Virus record (IMG/VR): IMGVR_UViG_3300007754_000008
Location: 921 to 64,920 of that record
From: a virus
Lineage: Duplodnaviria; Caudoviricetes
Length of the DNA: 64,000 bases
Reading direction: 5' to 3' (one strand)
Shown here: positions 7,013-16,814 of the stretch, piece by piece
How the letters are laid out: every line of letters begins with the position of its first letter
Numbering within the stretch: position 1 is the first letter of the stretch
Position numbers and translations under genes: made by a program
Notes under the pieces: model-generated
The model's input: only the letters and a program-made list of their open reading frames with translations
Database searches by the model: none
Told to the model about the DNA's origin: nothing

Positions 7013-9177
7013 TGAAAATAGGACAATGGAAAATGGCTAAAGCTTGGGAATTGTCTCCCACTTTAAAACACGAACGTGGTGCGTGGAAAGCGTTTGTTGA
7101 TTTTGAAAAACAAATGGACAAGGCCCAAGATCCACGAACCGTGGACCAGGGACCACGGAACATGGCTGATGGTGGACGGATCGGGTATGCTGATAAAAAT
7201 GCCGGTAAATTAGTTAAACCTTATCCAGATCGAATTAAAACTTTAGCTGTCCCAGATGGGTACGTAACTGCAAAACAATTAGCTGAAGAGTTAGGTATTG
7301 CTAAAGAAACTTTAAAAAAATATAGACTTAAAAATTTACCAGTAGATAAATATCCTTTAAAAGGATTTATAAATGAAACTTTTAAACCTATCAGAGGACC
7401 AGGAAATTATACTTATTATTTAAAACCAACAGAAGCAATGTTGGATAATTTTTCTATTTTTAGAAATAAAACGACCATTAGTCGTGATCTTCTTAAAGAT
7501 GTAAAAACACTACATAATAGTGATTTAATGAAAAAGCTTAGAAAAAGTAAAAAGAAAGTACTTCCTACTTTAGAAGAGGTTGTAAAAGTTTTAGGTAAAG
7601 ACGTAAAATCTCATGGACGAGCGGCAAACGCCATGGCTACTTTATCAAAAATGTATAAAGGAGAAGAATATAAACTTTTAAAACTACCTAAGAACGAAAA
7701 GCTAGGAGATTTTATGTTTAAAGCATTGAGACAAGGTGGAAAACATAACCCTTATAAACAAGCTTTTTATCAGTTAGCAATTGGAGAAATAGATAAAACT
7801 TTAGGAAATGAAGTTGGAACTCTTAAAAATTTTAAAAGATATTTTAAAGATAACTTAACTAAATATTTAGGAAAAGGTCATGGTGTTAGTTTAAATGAAG
7901 TAGCAAGTATAAGTGGTATGGTGAGAAACGATATGGCGGCTTATGGAGCGTTTGTAGATTTAACTAAAACAAAAATTAATGATGGGCTGTTAGCAAATTT
8001 TCAAGGAATATTATCTAATTCTTTAAAAGAAATTGACAAGTTAAAAGGAAGAGAAAAAGTAGAGGCAATTAAAGCTTTTAATAAAACACATATACCAAGT
8101 TTTAAAAAACAAATAGCTGCTAAATATGGAGATGAGATTGCAGAAAGCATTCGTTTCACAGAAATAGTGCCGGGTACAAAAATTCAATCGAAACACTATG
8201 CCAAAGAAGATCTACTTACATGGAAAAAGAAACATAGTATTGATTTAAAAGCTCTTGCAAAACAAAAAGGTTATTATTTAGATGTTAAAGGTGCACGTCC
8301 TTTTACAGAATTTATAGAAGCAGGAAAGATAAGCAAAGCAGGGGCCTCAAAATTCCTAACCACTTTCTCAGACAGTTTCGACGCCTTAAGTCCACGATCT
8401 ATAGCGCAACTGTCAAAAATACACGGTTGTGGAAAAAAAGCAGAAGGTGGAAGTATCATGAGTTGTTTAAAGGAAAAGTTTAACGCTAAACCTGAAAAAT
8501 TTTTACAACGTTCCGCTCCTCTAGCTAAAGACAATGTAAATTTATTTAAATGGTTTAAAAATGGTAGAAAAATTGCAAGAGGAACAGGTATAGCTCTTGC
8601 ATGGGAAGCAGCGTTTGCCCCGATCATAGCAGGTTGGGGAGCACTTGAAGGACAAAGTGGTCAACGAATATTAAATGACATTGCTTATGGAATTCCATTT
8701 ATAGGTGAAACTGAAAAAGAAGAATGGAAGAGAGAATCGGGTGGTGATGAATTAGCTTATAAGATGAAACGAATGGGTGAATTAGAGCAAGAATTAGCGT
8801 ACCTTGATCAAGAAAGAGATGCTGCTATTAATAAACTAGCACATGTCCCGAAACTTCCTGGCCGTGAAGGAAAGGGTTACCAGCAACTTTTAATTGAAAG
8901 AGCTATAAAAGAAAAAGAATTAGAACTTCAAGGATTAAAAAACACTCCTGAATTTTATGAAGGTCCTGTTGGTTCTTATTATAATGAACCAGTTATACAA
9001 GATGCTTATGCCTTAGAACAACAGACTACAGCAAAAATAGCAGCTGATACAGCAGAACGAAAAAAAGCTGCTTTTGATTGGTTAAAAAAAAATAAAATTT
9101 ATGCTAATCAAAACTGGCAATCACAAGTTCAAGGAAGAGCACATGGAGGCATAATGGGGTTAAAAAAGAAATGGTAA
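7012..9177 (+). CDS. Second modular putative virion-internal protein with AxGG linkers and an HTH-like segment
   Basis: MADGGRIGYA, KAEGGSI and C-terminal RAHGGIMGL; VTAKQLAEELGIAKETLKKY. Confidence 0.75.
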   Translation: MKIGQWKMAKAWELSPTLKHERGAWKAFVDFEKQMDKAQDPRTVDQGPRNMADGGRIGYADKNAGKLVKPYPDRIKTLAVPDGYVTAKQLAEELGIAKETLKKYRLKNLPVDKYPLKGFINETFKPIRGPGNYTYYLKPTEAMLDNFSIFRNKTTISRDLLKDVKTLHNSDLMKKLRKSKKKVLPTLEEVVKVLGKDVKSHGRAANAMATLSKMYKGEEYKLLKLPKNEKLGDFMFKALRQGGKHNPYKQAFYQLAIGEIDKTLGNEVGTLKNFKRYFKDNLTKYLGKGHGVSLNEVASISGMVRNDMAAYGAFVDLTKTKINDGLLANFQGILSNSLKEIDKLKGREKVEAIKAFNKTHIPSFKKQIAAKYGDEIAESIRFTEIVPGTKIQSKHYAKEDLLTWKKKHSIDLKALAKQKGYYLDVKGARPFTEFIEAGKISKAGASKFLTTFSDSFDALSPRSIAQLSKIHGCGKKAEGGSIMSCLKEKFNAKPEKFLQRSAPLAKDNVNLFKWFKNGRKIARGTGIALAWEAAFAPIIAGWGALEGQSGQRILNDIAYGIPFIGETEKEEWKRESGGDELAYKMKRMGELEQELAYLDQERDAAINKLAHVPKLPGREGKGYQQLLIERAIKEKELELQGLKNTPEFYEGPVGSYYNEPVIQDAYALEQQTTAKIAADTAERKKAAFDWLKKNKIYANQNWQSQVQGRAHGGIMGLKKKW

Positions 9178-9320
9178 AAAACCCAACCTTAGTTAAAAAC
9201 ATGAAGCACGTTAAATGGAAGGAAATACCACCATTAAGAGGACCTAGTTCGCAGGGGTTGATTAAAGATAAAAAACAAGATAAGAAGAAGCAGGAGAATT
9301 TAAATGGCAGAAATAGATAA
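9171..9320 (+). CDS. Small basic protein (49 aa, ...EIPPLRGPSSQGL...)
   Basis: Not in ORF track; fills the gap before portal and overlaps both neighbours. Confidence 0.6.
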   Translation: MVKNPTLVKNMKHVKWKEIPPLRGPSSQGLIKDKKQDKKKQENLNGRNR

Positions 9321-11790
9321 GACTCTCCCAAACATTAAACGACCGGAAGATATCGAAGAAGAAACGATAGCAGAGGTTGATGTTGCGGAGGAATTAGGAA
9401 AAGGTCCCGTTGAAGTTATAGAAGACGAAGAAGGGGCAACAATTGATTTTGATCCAACAGCAATGCCTTTACCTGAACAAGGCGATCACTTTGCAAATTT
9501 AAACGATTTATTACCAGAAGATATTACTGATCCAATAGCCAATAGACTTGAAGGAGATTATAGAGAATATAAATTATCTCGTGCTGATTGGGAAAGAGCT
9601 TACACTGTAGGCTTAGATCTGTTAGGATTTAAATATGAAAATAGAACCGAACCTTTCCAAGGCGCGTCGGGGGCGACTCACCCGGTACTTGCTGAAGCTG
9701 TTACTCAGTTTCAGGCGCTCGCTTATAAAGAGTTACTCCCAGCTGATGGACCAGTAAGAACTCAAATCATGGGAGCGAGTAATCCTATGAAAGAACAACA
9801 GTCTCAGCGTGTTAAAGATTTCATGAACTATCAACTTATGGATCAAATGAAAGAATATGAACCTGAGTTTGATCAAATGTTATTTTACCTGCCACTTGCA
9901 GGTTCAACATTTAAAAAAGTTTATTACGATGATTTATTAGGAAGAGCTGTATCTAAATTTGTACCAGCTGATGATTTAATCGTGCCATACACTGCAACAT
10001 CACTACAAGATGCAACATCTGTTTGTCATGTAATTAAAATGTCTGAAAATGATTTACGTAAACAACAAGTAAATGGTTTTTATTCTGATATAGAATTAAA
10101 CAGACCACAAGATGTAACTACAAATGAATTAAAGAAAAAAGAAAGAGAATTAGAAGGTATGACTAAATCACAAAGAGTCGAACCTTTATATACATTATTA
10201 GAATTCCACGTAGACCTTGATTTAGAAGGTTTCGAAGATGTTGGTCCTAACGGTGAACCAACAGGAATAAAATTACCTTATATCGTTACAATCGAGCAAG
10301 GTAGTCGGAAAGTTTTGTCGATAAGACGAAACTTCGCGCCCAATGATCCAAAGAGAAATAAAATCCAATATTTCGTCCATTTCAAATTTCTGCCAGGACT
10401 AGGATTTTATGGACTTGGACTCATTCATATGATTGGCGGATTGAGTCGTACTGCAACTGCGGCTCTCCGTCAATTGTTAGACGCGGGAACATTATCAAAT
10501 CTTCCGGCAGGATTTAAACAAAGAGGTGTCAGAGTAAAAGATGATGCCGCAAACATACAACCAGGTGAATTTAAAGATGTAGATACACCAGGAGGAAACT
10601 TAAAAGATGCATTTGTATTCTTACCTTACAAGGAACCTTCTGCTACATTATTGCAATTGATGGGAATTGTCGTTCAGGCAGGACAGAGGTTCGCGTCGAT
10701 TGCTGACATGCAGGTCGGTGACGGGAACCAATCAGCAGCTGTTGGTACGACTGTAGCCCTATTAGAGCGTGGCTCACGGGTAATGTCAGCAATCCATAAA
10801 AGACTGTATGTATCGTTAAAGCAAGAATTTAAATTACTTGCTAATATCTTTAAAACTTATTTACCTCCGGAATATCCATATGATGTTGTAGGTGGACAGA
10901 GAAATGTTAAAGTTACAGATTTTGACGATAGAGTAGATATTCTACCTGTTGCTGATCCAAATATATTTTCAATGTCACAAAGAATTTCATTAGCACAATC
11001 TGAATTGCAATTAGCTATGTCTAATCCACAAATGCATAATTTATATATGTGTTATAGAAAAATGTATGAAGCATTAGGTGTAAAGGATATTGATAGAATA
11101 TTACCACCACCTCCACCGAATCAACCTAAAGATCCGGCGATCGAACATATTGATGCAATGGGCATGAAACCTTTTCAAGCGTTTCCAGGTCAAGATCATA
11201 GAGCACACGTTACAGCTCACTTAAATTTTATGGCAAGTAACTTTGTTAGAAATAATCCTAGTATTACTGCAGCATTAGAAAAAAATATTATGGAGCACAT
11301 ATCATTGATGGCACAAGAACAGGTACAATTAGAATTTGCTCAAGAATTTCAAATTTTACCACAAATGCAGCAACAAGCTGTTCAAGACCCACAAGTGCAA
11401 CAACAGTTTCAACAAATATCTCAAAAGATTGAAGCAAGAAAAGCTGTATTGATTGCAGATATGACTGAAGAATTTTTAAATGAGGAAAAAGCTATTACTA
11501 GCAGATTTGATCATGATCCATTATTGAAACTTAAAGAGAGAGAAGTTGATCTTAAAGCAATAGATGCTGAAAGAAAACAACAAGAGGTAGATGCAAGAAT
11601 TAATTTAGATAAAGCTAAAATGGTTCAAAACAGAGAAATCACTGATGATAAACTGGAACAGAACGAAGAATTAGCTGAATTAAGAGCAGATACAGCAATT
11701 GAAAAATCATTGATATCTGCTGATGTTAAACTGACTTCAGATAGAATGAAGGCTAAAGATGTTAAGACCTTGAAAGGTCCTAAATCTTAG
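9304..11790 (+). CDS. Portal protein
   Basis: 828 aa; HPVLAEAVTQFQA, LPLAGSTFKKVYYD, PGEFKDVD; long C-terminal coiled coil as in P22-like portals. Confidence 0.9.
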   Translation: MAEIDKTLPNIKRPEDIEEETIAEVDVAEELGKGPVEVIEDEEGATIDFDPTAMPLPEQGDHFANLNDLLPEDITDPIANRLEGDYREYKLSRADWERAYTVGLDLLGFKYENRTEPFQGASGATHPVLAEAVTQFQALAYKELLPADGPVRTQIMGASNPMKEQQSQRVKDFMNYQLMDQMKEYEPEFDQMLFYLPLAGSTFKKVYYDDLLGRAVSKFVPADDLIVPYTATSLQDATSVCHVIKMSENDLRKQQVNGFYSDIELNRPQDVTTNELKKKERELEGMTKSQRVEPLYTLLEFHVDLDLEGFEDVGPNGEPTGIKLPYIVTIEQGSRKVLSIRRNFAPNDPKRNKIQYFVHFKFLPGLGFYGLGLIHMIGGLSRTATAALRQLLDAGTLSNLPAGFKQRGVRVKDDAANIQPGEFKDVDTPGGNLKDAFVFLPYKEPSATLLQLMGIVVQAGQRFASIADMQVGDGNQSAAVGTTVALLERGSRVMSAIHKRLYVSLKQEFKLLANIFKTYLPPEYPYDVVGGQRNVKVTDFDDRVDILPVADPNIFSMSQRISLAQSELQLAMSNPQMHNLYMCYRKMYEALGVKDIDRILPPPPPNQPKDPAIEHIDAMGMKPFQAFPGQDHRAHVTAHLNFMASNFVRNNPSITAALEKNIMEHISLMAQEQVQLEFAQEFQILPQMQQQAVQDPQVQQQFQQISQKIEARKAVLIADMTEEFLNEEKAITSRFDHDPLLKLKEREVDLKAIDAERKQQEVDARINLDKAKMVQNREITDDKLEQNEELAELRADTAIEKSLISADVKLTSDRMKAKDVKTLKGPKS

Positions 11791-11815
11791 TATATACAAA
11801 CCCTAGGAGAAAAAT

Positions 11816-12052
11816 ATGGCAAAAGAAGGCAAAGGATACAATCAGTCAATGTTTACTAACAAAGACGGTTACTTAAAAGGCGGAAATAAAATTTCTATTC
11901 CACCGCAGAATTTAATAAGAGATCCAAGAGCTAAATCTAGCATTAGAGGATCAAGCGCTAGAATTGCAACTGGTGATAAAGTAACTGTTCGAAGTACAGG
12001 TGGCAAAGGTTCATCTACTAAAGCTAGAAAACAGACAGCAACTTGGTATTAG
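11816..12052 (+). CDS. Small basic hypothetical protein
   Basis: AGGAG RBS, K/R-rich. Confidence 0.75.
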   Translation: MAKEGKGYNQSMFTNKDGYLKGGNKISIPPQNLIRDPRAKSSIRGSSARIATGDKVTVRSTGGKGSSTKARKQTATWY

Positions 12053-12053
12053 T

Positions 12054-12437
12054 ATGTGGTTATCGGCAATTAAATTAGCCGTTTCTGCTGGAAGTAAAAT
12101 TTACGCTAACCGACAGAAGACGAAAATGGCAATGTCAGATGCACAGTTAATGCATGCTGAACGACAAGCTCGTGGTGAGGAAGCTTACCAGGGAAAATTG
12201 TTAGAAGCTCGTCAAGCAGATTATAAGGACGAGGTGGTTCTCGCGATATTGACACTTCCAATTTTGGTGCTCGCATATGGGGTCTGGTCGGACGATCCGG
12301 CGGCCATGGATAAGATAAAAGTGTTCTTTGAGCATTTCCAGGCGCTTCCATCATGGTTCACTAATTTATGGATACTTGTATGTGCGTCAATTTTTGGTAT
12401 AAAGGGTACACAAATTTTCAGAAATGGAAAAAAATAA
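12054..12437 (+). CDS. Holin-like membrane protein (3TM, GTA-holin-like)
   Basis: Start at ATG 12054 (MWLSAIK...); hydrophobic segments EVVLAILTLPILVLAYGVW and WFTNLWILVCASIFG, basic C-terminus. Confidence 0.6.
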   Translation: MWLSAIKLAVSAGSKIYANRQKTKMAMSDAQLMHAERQARGEEAYQGKLLEARQADYKDEVVLAILTLPILVLAYGVWSDDPAAMDKIKVFFEHFQALPSWFTNLWILVCASIFGIKGTQIFRNGKK

Positions 12438-12446
12438 GGAGTAAAT

Positions 12447-12668
12447 ATGAGAAATGATTTTGGAACAAGACCTTACAAATCTAGATTCCCGTACAAAGGT
12501 GGCAAAAGTGTTTCTAAGAAAAAGAAACAAGGCTACAAAGATAGAGAAGATGAGTCTCTAGGTATGAGAACTGGAAAAGAATCCACTAAGAAACAATCTA
12601 TGAAAGATCGTAGAGATGAATCTTATGGAGCTTGGGGTAAAAGAAAATCTGGTAAAATTAATAAGTAG
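12447..12668 (+). CDS. Small basic protein
   Basis: AGGAG RBS; YKGG, REDESLG/RRDESYG internal repeat. Confidence 0.75.
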   Translation: MRNDFGTRPYKSRFPYKGGKSVSKKKKQGYKDREDESLGMRTGKESTKKQSMKDRRDESYGAWGKRKSGKINK

Positions 12669-12674
12669 GTAGTT

Positions 12675-13115
12675 ATGTCAATAGTTGGAGCAGCTCTGAG
12701 AGGATTTGGTAGAGCTTTAAAAAATAAAAAAAGAAGTGGAACAATTAAATCTATCAAACCTGCAAAAGATTTAACAGGACGAAGAAAAAGTTATGAGTCA
12801 ATGGTTGACACTGTAAATAAGCAGTACACAACTAAAGGTGTTAAACCAGGACAAAGTGGTTCTAAAATTAAAAAAGAAGCTACTTCAAAAGCTTCTGCAC
12901 TTCATGATAAATATGAAAAAGCTTCAAGCGATGTAAAAAAATATAATAAAAGACTGAAACAAAAAGCTTTTGGTGGCGCTAGTGCCACAGTTGCTGGAGG
13001 AGTTGGTGCACACTTAGCCGCTAAAAAGAAATTTCCAAAATATAAAAAATTTATAGAACAGGATATTGCAGTTAAAGACGGCAAATTAAAATTAGTTACT
13101 AAAAAGAAAAAATAA
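12675..13115 (+). CDS. Basic hypothetical protein
   Basis: K-rich; N-terminal GAALRGFG. Confidence 0.75.
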   Translation: MSIVGAALRGFGRALKNKKRSGTIKSIKPAKDLTGRRKSYESMVDTVNKQYTTKGVKPGQSGSKIKKEATSKASALHDKYEKASSDVKKYNKRLKQKAFGGASATVAGGVGAHLAAKKKFPKYKKFIEQDIAVKDGKLKLVTKKKK

Positions 13116-13405
13116 TGAGAAGTTTTAGATCACCAAACTCTGGACAAACATCTTTAACGTTGCAACATGCAACAAATCCTAGATCAGGATATAGACCACC
13201 AGCAGGCCATAACGCTGATGGATATATGATGCCTGAAAGAGTTGGATTTAAAAAAGGTGGCTGGATTCAAGACGTAAATAAATCAATTAAAAAACGTGGA
13301 ACTAAAGGAAAGTGTACACCTATTACAAAAAAAGGTTGCACTGGACGAGCAAAAGCTTTAGCAAAGACATTTAAGAAAATGGCTAAGAAAAGAAAAGGAA
13401 AATAA
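13115..13405 (+). CDS. Basic protein with RVGFKKGG linker motif
   Basis: Coupled ORF; ERVGFKKGGWIQ...RAKALAKTFKKM. Confidence 0.75.
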   Translation: MRSFRSPNSGQTSLTLQHATNPRSGYRPPAGHNADGYMMPERVGFKKGGWIQDVNKSIKKRGTKGKCTPITKKGCTGRAKALAKTFKKMAKKRKGK

Positions 13406-13406
13406 T

Positions 13407-13892
13407 ATGCCTTTAAGAAAAATAAAAGAAAAACCTAAAAGTTGGATTACTAAAAAAGTAAAACCAACAAAGTGGATTACTAAAAAAGAAAAATCTAAAA
13501 GTACTCTTACGGGCACTGACACAACACGTGGTGGTGGACCAGATGAAGGTAATGTAGGTTATAACAAAGATATGATTTACAGACATGGAGAACGCAGAAA
13601 AAATTTGAGAGAAGCAGTGGAAAAATTAAAAAAAAGACCGGAAAGAACACTTAAACCCTATCGTGCTAAAAAATCTGTGGGTGGTATAACGAAAATTTTA
13701 AGGAGACTTGGAAAAGAAATAAAAAAACAACCACTACCAAAAAAAACAAAAGATTTAGATAAAAAATTTAAAAAAGCTTTTCCACATCATGATTCAGCAG
13801 GAAAGTTAAAAAAAGCTGGAGGTGGAAGAGCCATTTATAAATCAGGTGGTGCAGTCATGACTGGTAAAAAAGTAGGCTGCCAAATAAAATAA
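13407..13892 (+). CDS. Basic protein with KAGGGR/YKSGG motifs
   Basis: K-rich; duplicated KWITKK; GG motifs near C-terminus. Confidence 0.75.
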   Translation: MPLRKIKEKPKSWITKKVKPTKWITKKEKSKSTLTGTDTTRGGGPDEGNVGYNKDMIYRHGERRKNLREAVEKLKKRPERTLKPYRAKKSVGGITKILRRLGKEIKKQPLPKKTKDLDKKFKKAFPHHDSAGKLKKAGGGRAIYKSGGAVMTGKKVGCQIK

Positions 13893-14062
13893 TGATTAAA
13901 CATTTTATAAATTGGGTGAAAGGTTTATTTACACCTAAAAAAGAAGAACCAGTAGTTTTGGAAGAAGCTCCTGCAGAAAAAAAAACTATTAATCATTGTG
14001 GAAGTCACAACAGATTTAGAAAGAATTGCCCTGACTGCTTAAGAGTAATAGCACTTATATAA
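13892..14062 (+). CDS. Small Cys/His protein (56 aa, MIKHFINW...HCGSHNRFRKNCPDC)
   Basis: Not in ORF track; TAATG coupling at both ends. Confidence 0.65.
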   Translation: MIKHFINWVKGLFTPKKEEPVVLEEAPAEKKTINHCGSHNRFRKNCPDCLRVIALI

Positions 14063-14313
14063 TGGATTTAGAAAACGTAATATATAAATTAAGACGAGCT
14101 TTAGATAATAGAGTTAAAACATTAGCAATCTCTGTAACGTCCGGAGGGGTTGACAGTATGGAAACATATAAGTATATAATAGGACAAATAAACGCCCTAG
14201 AGGCAACTAAACAGGAACTCTCTAACCTGCTAGACAATAAGGAGCAAAATGAAAACAGAGGCACAGTCATCAAAATCAACGGCGCAAAGCCAAAAGATAA
14301 TCACACCAAATAA
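14062..14313 (+). CDS. Hypothetical protein upstream of GroES
   Basis: Coupled ORF; helical YKYIIGQINAL pattern. Confidence 0.75.
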   Translation: MDLENVIYKLRRALDNRVKTLAISVTSGGVDSMETYKYIIGQINALEATKQELSNLLDNKEQNENRGTVIKINGAKPKDNHTK

Positions 14314-14701
14314 AGAATTAGTCGGAGTTAAAAAATCCGAACCTAAAAAAGAAATTACAAACGAAAAAGATAAACTACCACAACCAACTGGTTGGAGAAT
14401 GTTAGTTCTTCCATTTAGAATGAGTGAAAAATCTAAAGGTGGAGTTTTATTTTCACATGAAACTATAGATAAACAACAAATTGCATCACAGTGCGGAAAC
14501 GTATTAGCGATGGGTCCACAATGTTATAAGGATAAAGAACGTTATCCTCATGGCCCATGGTGCAAGGTCGGTGATTGGGTGGTCTTTGCTCGTTATGCAG
14601 GATCACGTATACAAATTGAAGGTGGGGAAGTAAGGTTGTTAAATGAAGATGAAGTTTTAGCAACTGTCAAGAATCCAGAGGATATCTTGCATCAATACTA
14701 A
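14249..14701 (+). CDS. groES: GroES-like co-chaperonin (Cpn10)
   Basis: PTGWRMLV, SKGGVL, VLAMGP, KVGDWVVFARYAG, RLLNEDEVLA. Confidence 0.9.
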   Translation: MKTEAQSSKSTAQSQKIITPNKELVGVKKSEPKKEITNEKDKLPQPTGWRMLVLPFRMSEKSKGGVLFSHETIDKQQIASQCGNVLAMGPQCYKDKERYPHGPWCKVGDWVVFARYAGSRIQIEGGEVRLLNEDEVLATVKNPEDILHQY

Positions 14702-14718
14702 CATAGAAGGAGAAAACT

Positions 14719-15669
14719 ATGCCAGAAGACAAAAAAACAGTAGATATAGATACTTCAGGACCTGAAGTAGATGTAGATATTGAAGAAAAAAAGGATGAAG
14801 CCGTTATTGAAACGGAAGCACCTAAAGAGGAAACCCCGGAACAAGAAACAGTAAAAGATGAAACAGCAAAAGAAATAAAAAAGGAACAAAAACAAGAAGA
14901 CTCTAAGTTAGAGGATTATAGTAAAGGTGTTCAATCTCGTATTGCTAAACTTACTCGTAAGATGAGAGAAGCAGAACGAAGAGAAGACGCAGCTATACAA
15001 TATGCTCAAGCTTTAGAGAAAAAAAGGCAACTTGATCAGGAAAGATTTCAAAAAGTCGATGCTGATTATAGTAAAAAAGTTGAGGAGCATGTAAAAACTG
15101 GAATGGAATCTGCGCAAAAAAGTTTAGCGCAAGCCATTGAAGCAGGTGATGCAGCTGCTCAAGTCGAAGCAAATAAACGTATTGCCGAACTAGCGTTCGA
15201 AAATGCGAAAATACAACAACAACAAAGAGTTGTACAGGACGAGAAACCTGCACAGCTTTCTGACGGTGGAAAACTACCAGAAAGAACTCCACAATCATTA
15301 CCTGAAGCTGATCCTATGGCTGAAGATTGGGCTGCTAAAAATAGATGGTTCGGAACTAACCGAGCTATGACATTTACAGCGTTTGAGATTCACAAAGATC
15401 TAGTGGAAAAAGAAGGTTATGATCCTAAATCAAATGAATATTATGAAGAAATAGACAAACGTATAAGAGTTGACTTTCCTAATAAATTTGATAATAGTGG
15501 AGATATACAAACGACTAGACCCGTTCAGTCGGTGGCTTCTGCGAATAGAAGTGCAAAAACTGGTCGCAAACAAATGAGACTCACATCATCTCAAGTAGCA
15601 ATAGCTAAAAAATTAGGTGTGCCACTCGAAGAATATGCAAAACAATTAAAACTCACGAAGGAGGCATAA
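14719..15669 (+). CDS. Putative capsid scaffolding protein
   Basis: Acidic N-terminus, coiled coil, WAAKNRWFG, C-terminal LTSSQVAIAKKLGVPLEEYAK; upstream of capsid genes. Confidence 0.7.
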   Translation: MPEDKKTVDIDTSGPEVDVDIEEKKDEAVIETEAPKEETPEQETVKDETAKEIKKEQKQEDSKLEDYSKGVQSRIAKLTRKMREAERREDAAIQYAQALEKKRQLDQERFQKVDADYSKKVEEHVKTGMESAQKSLAQAIEAGDAAAQVEANKRIAELAFENAKIQQQQRVVQDEKPAQLSDGGKLPERTPQSLPEADPMAEDWAAKNRWFGTNRAMTFTAFEIHKDLVEKEGYDPKSNEYYEEIDKRIRVDFPNKFDNSGDIQTTRPVQSVASANRSAKTGRKQMRLTSSQVAIAKKLGVPLEEYAKQLKLTKEA

Positions 15670-15673
15670 GCAT

Positions 15674-16135
15674 ATGACAAAAGATAAGAAAACAACTTCT
15701 CGTGCGGCTGATACACGGTCAAAAACTGAAAGGCCAAAAGTGTACAAGCCACCATCCTCTCTGGATGCACCACCAGCGCCTAATGGCTTTAGGCACAGAT
15801 GGATCAGAGCCGAATCTGTAGGATTCCAAGATAGTAAAAACATTTTTGGAAGACTTAGAGAAGGATATGAATTAGTGAGAGCTGATGAATATAAAGATTC
15901 TGATTATCCTGTAGTTACTGAAGGCAAATACGCTGGAGTCATTGGAGTAGGAGGCCTATTGTTGGCTAGGATACCCGAAGAACTCGCGAAGCAACGTGTT
16001 GAGTATCAGAAGAAACTTACTGAAGGTCAAGACGAAGCAGTTGAAACCGACTTGCTAAGGGAACAACATAAGAGTATGCCGATCGATGTTGATCGACAGT
16101 CTCGTGTAACCTTCGGTGGTACAAAGAAAAGTTAA
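15674..16135 (+). CDS. Conserved head-module hypothetical protein
   Basis: GGAGG RBS; located between scaffold and capsid genes. Confidence 0.75.
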   Translation: MTKDKKTTSRAADTRSKTERPKVYKPPSSLDAPPAPNGFRHRWIRAESVGFQDSKNIFGRLREGYELVRADEYKDSDYPVVTEGKYAGVIGVGGLLLARIPEELAKQRVEYQKKLTEGQDEAVETDLLREQHKSMPIDVDRQSRVTFGGTKKS

Positions 16136-16217
16136 TTTTCTCGGGATAACAACCAATTCCCTACTATCGATTTAAATAAACCCGTCTATAGAGATATAGA
16201 CAAAAGGAGTAATAACT

Positions 16218-16799
16218 ATGGCAAATAGTAACACAGCTGGTGACGGTTTGAATGCTACAAGTATGCTTGGAAATACTCCTGCTCCGCAAGGTCAATCTGC
16301 TTATAAGATTGACGCTGGATACGGAACTGCTATTTATAATGGCGCTCCCGTTGTCAGTGCAGCAGGATATATGACTGAGGGTACAGTAGTAACAACTGGA
16401 ACCACTTCAATGTGCGGCGTGCTAAATGGTGTTTTCTACAACGCGGCTACAACTTTAAAGCCAACTTGGGATAACTACTATGCAGGCAGCATTACTCCGG
16501 CTAACAGTGAAGATATTACAGCGTTCGTTAATGATGCGCCGTGGCAAAACTACGAAATCTTTACAGATGATACTGTAACTCAAGCAGGTTTTATGGAAAC
16601 ATATAACATGAATGCAGCATCTGGAAGTACAACCACAGGTAAATCAACTAACACGTTGGATATTGGATCTACACATGCTACTAACTACTCATGGAGATTA
16701 TTAAGGGTCGCTGACGATCCTGAAAATAATGACATAACTGCAGCTTACTGCAAAGTTGTTGTTATTTCTAATTTAAATGAGTTTGTTGATAGCGCATAA
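16218..16799 (+). CDS. Putative capsid decoration/minor head protein
   Basis: MAN start, A/T/G-rich beta-type composition, immediately before MCP. Confidence 0.6.
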   Translation: MANSNTAGDGLNATSMLGNTPAPQGQSAYKIDAGYGTAIYNGAPVVSAAGYMTEGTVVTTGTTSMCGVLNGVFYNAATTLKPTWDNYYAGSITPANSEDITAFVNDAPWQNYEIFTDDTVTQAGFMETYNMNAASGSTTTGKSTNTLDIGSTHATNYSWRLLRVADDPENNDITAAYCKVVVISNLNEFVDSA

Positions 16800-16814
16800 T
16801 AGGAGCATATAGAC

